A stretch of DNA of 62,458 bases, the filler included, from Rhabdomonas costata (Eukaryota), in NCBI GenBank assembly GCA_019059605.1. It is 25 parts of 25 records of this genome, joined end to end, with 100 filler letters (N's around TTAATTAATTAA, not from the genome) between each part and the next. Parts side by side here need not be neighbours in the genome. Positions count along the whole stretch, not along the records: positions 60,059 to 62,458 come from JAHMHO010003609.1; 24 more parts are not named here. One strand, written 5' to 3'. This document shows, piece after piece, positions 62,101-62,458 of this stretch. A program made the translations under genes and the position numbers. Under the pieces are notes generated by a model. That model did not search any database and was not told the origin of the DNA. It saw only the letters and a list, made by a program, of their open reading frames with translations. Position 1 is the stretch's first letter, and each line of letters starts with the position of its first letter.

Positions 62101-62458
62101 CTAAGGAAAAATGAGGAAAGGTTACTGGTGGTTTCGAATCGGGAGGACACGGGTATCAACAAGCTATAAGCTATACTCTCCGGTAAGGGCCCAGATTTGG
62201 TGACACACCGGATCTCATTAGTTCCGTTTACTGGCATCTTCACAGCCCCTGAATCATTACGATTGGAAGGGTCCATCCCCCCATATGTGCCGAAGGTCGG
62301 GATGGTTTGTGGATTTTAAGGACATATAGGAAGGAAACCGAGCTGGTGGTAGTGATTTAGATAAAAAAAAAAGGTGAACAGGGATAAACGCCTACTCACC
62401 GAATCATCCGTTTGCAAGCAAGATTCAACTGATGCGGGGGAATTTTACCCAACAACCC

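Noticed and set aside
1-62458. tRNA, rRNA, SL RNA, CRISPR arrays or prokaryotic operons/defence systems
   Set aside because: None recognised by eye; covariance-model searches would be needed to exclude divergent small RNAs.

Overview
This is not one contiguous locus. It is 25 unrelated ~2.4-kb contigs (2392-2407 bp, roughly size-sorted) joined by 24 artificial 100-bp spacers (N44-TTAATTAATTAA-N44). The DNA is from an intron-rich eukaryote, most likely a euglenid or other euglenozoan (inference). Low-complexity tails and fold-back inversions at contig ends suggest an amplified, tailed library. Most ORF-track entries are spurious; the real genes are short GT-AG exons, which I reconstructed by hand. 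They include a PHD-finger protein, the 3' end of a P4-ATPase flippase, Kae1/OSGEP (with a frameshift and substitutions at conserved residues), an EGF-like secreted protein, a K-rich protein built from duplicated exon pairs, a HotDog acyl-CoA thioesterase, an intron-containing arylsulfotransferase, a SAM-like+RING protein, RPS19 exon 1, a class-3 lipase-like protein and a Cache-like receptor ectodomain. Decayed Ty3/gypsy gag, CRE-like RT and hAT remnants and a MITE-like element are also present. The best non-obvious signal is a cluster of four box C/D snoRNA paralogues (U16/SNORD16/snR87-type guide for the SSU CGCAAAUUGC site) in and upstream of RPS19, with non-canonical boxes. One contig carries a 127-bp terminal direct repeat, indicating a circular or tandem 2274-bp unit. 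All family calls come from motif recognition, not from database searches.
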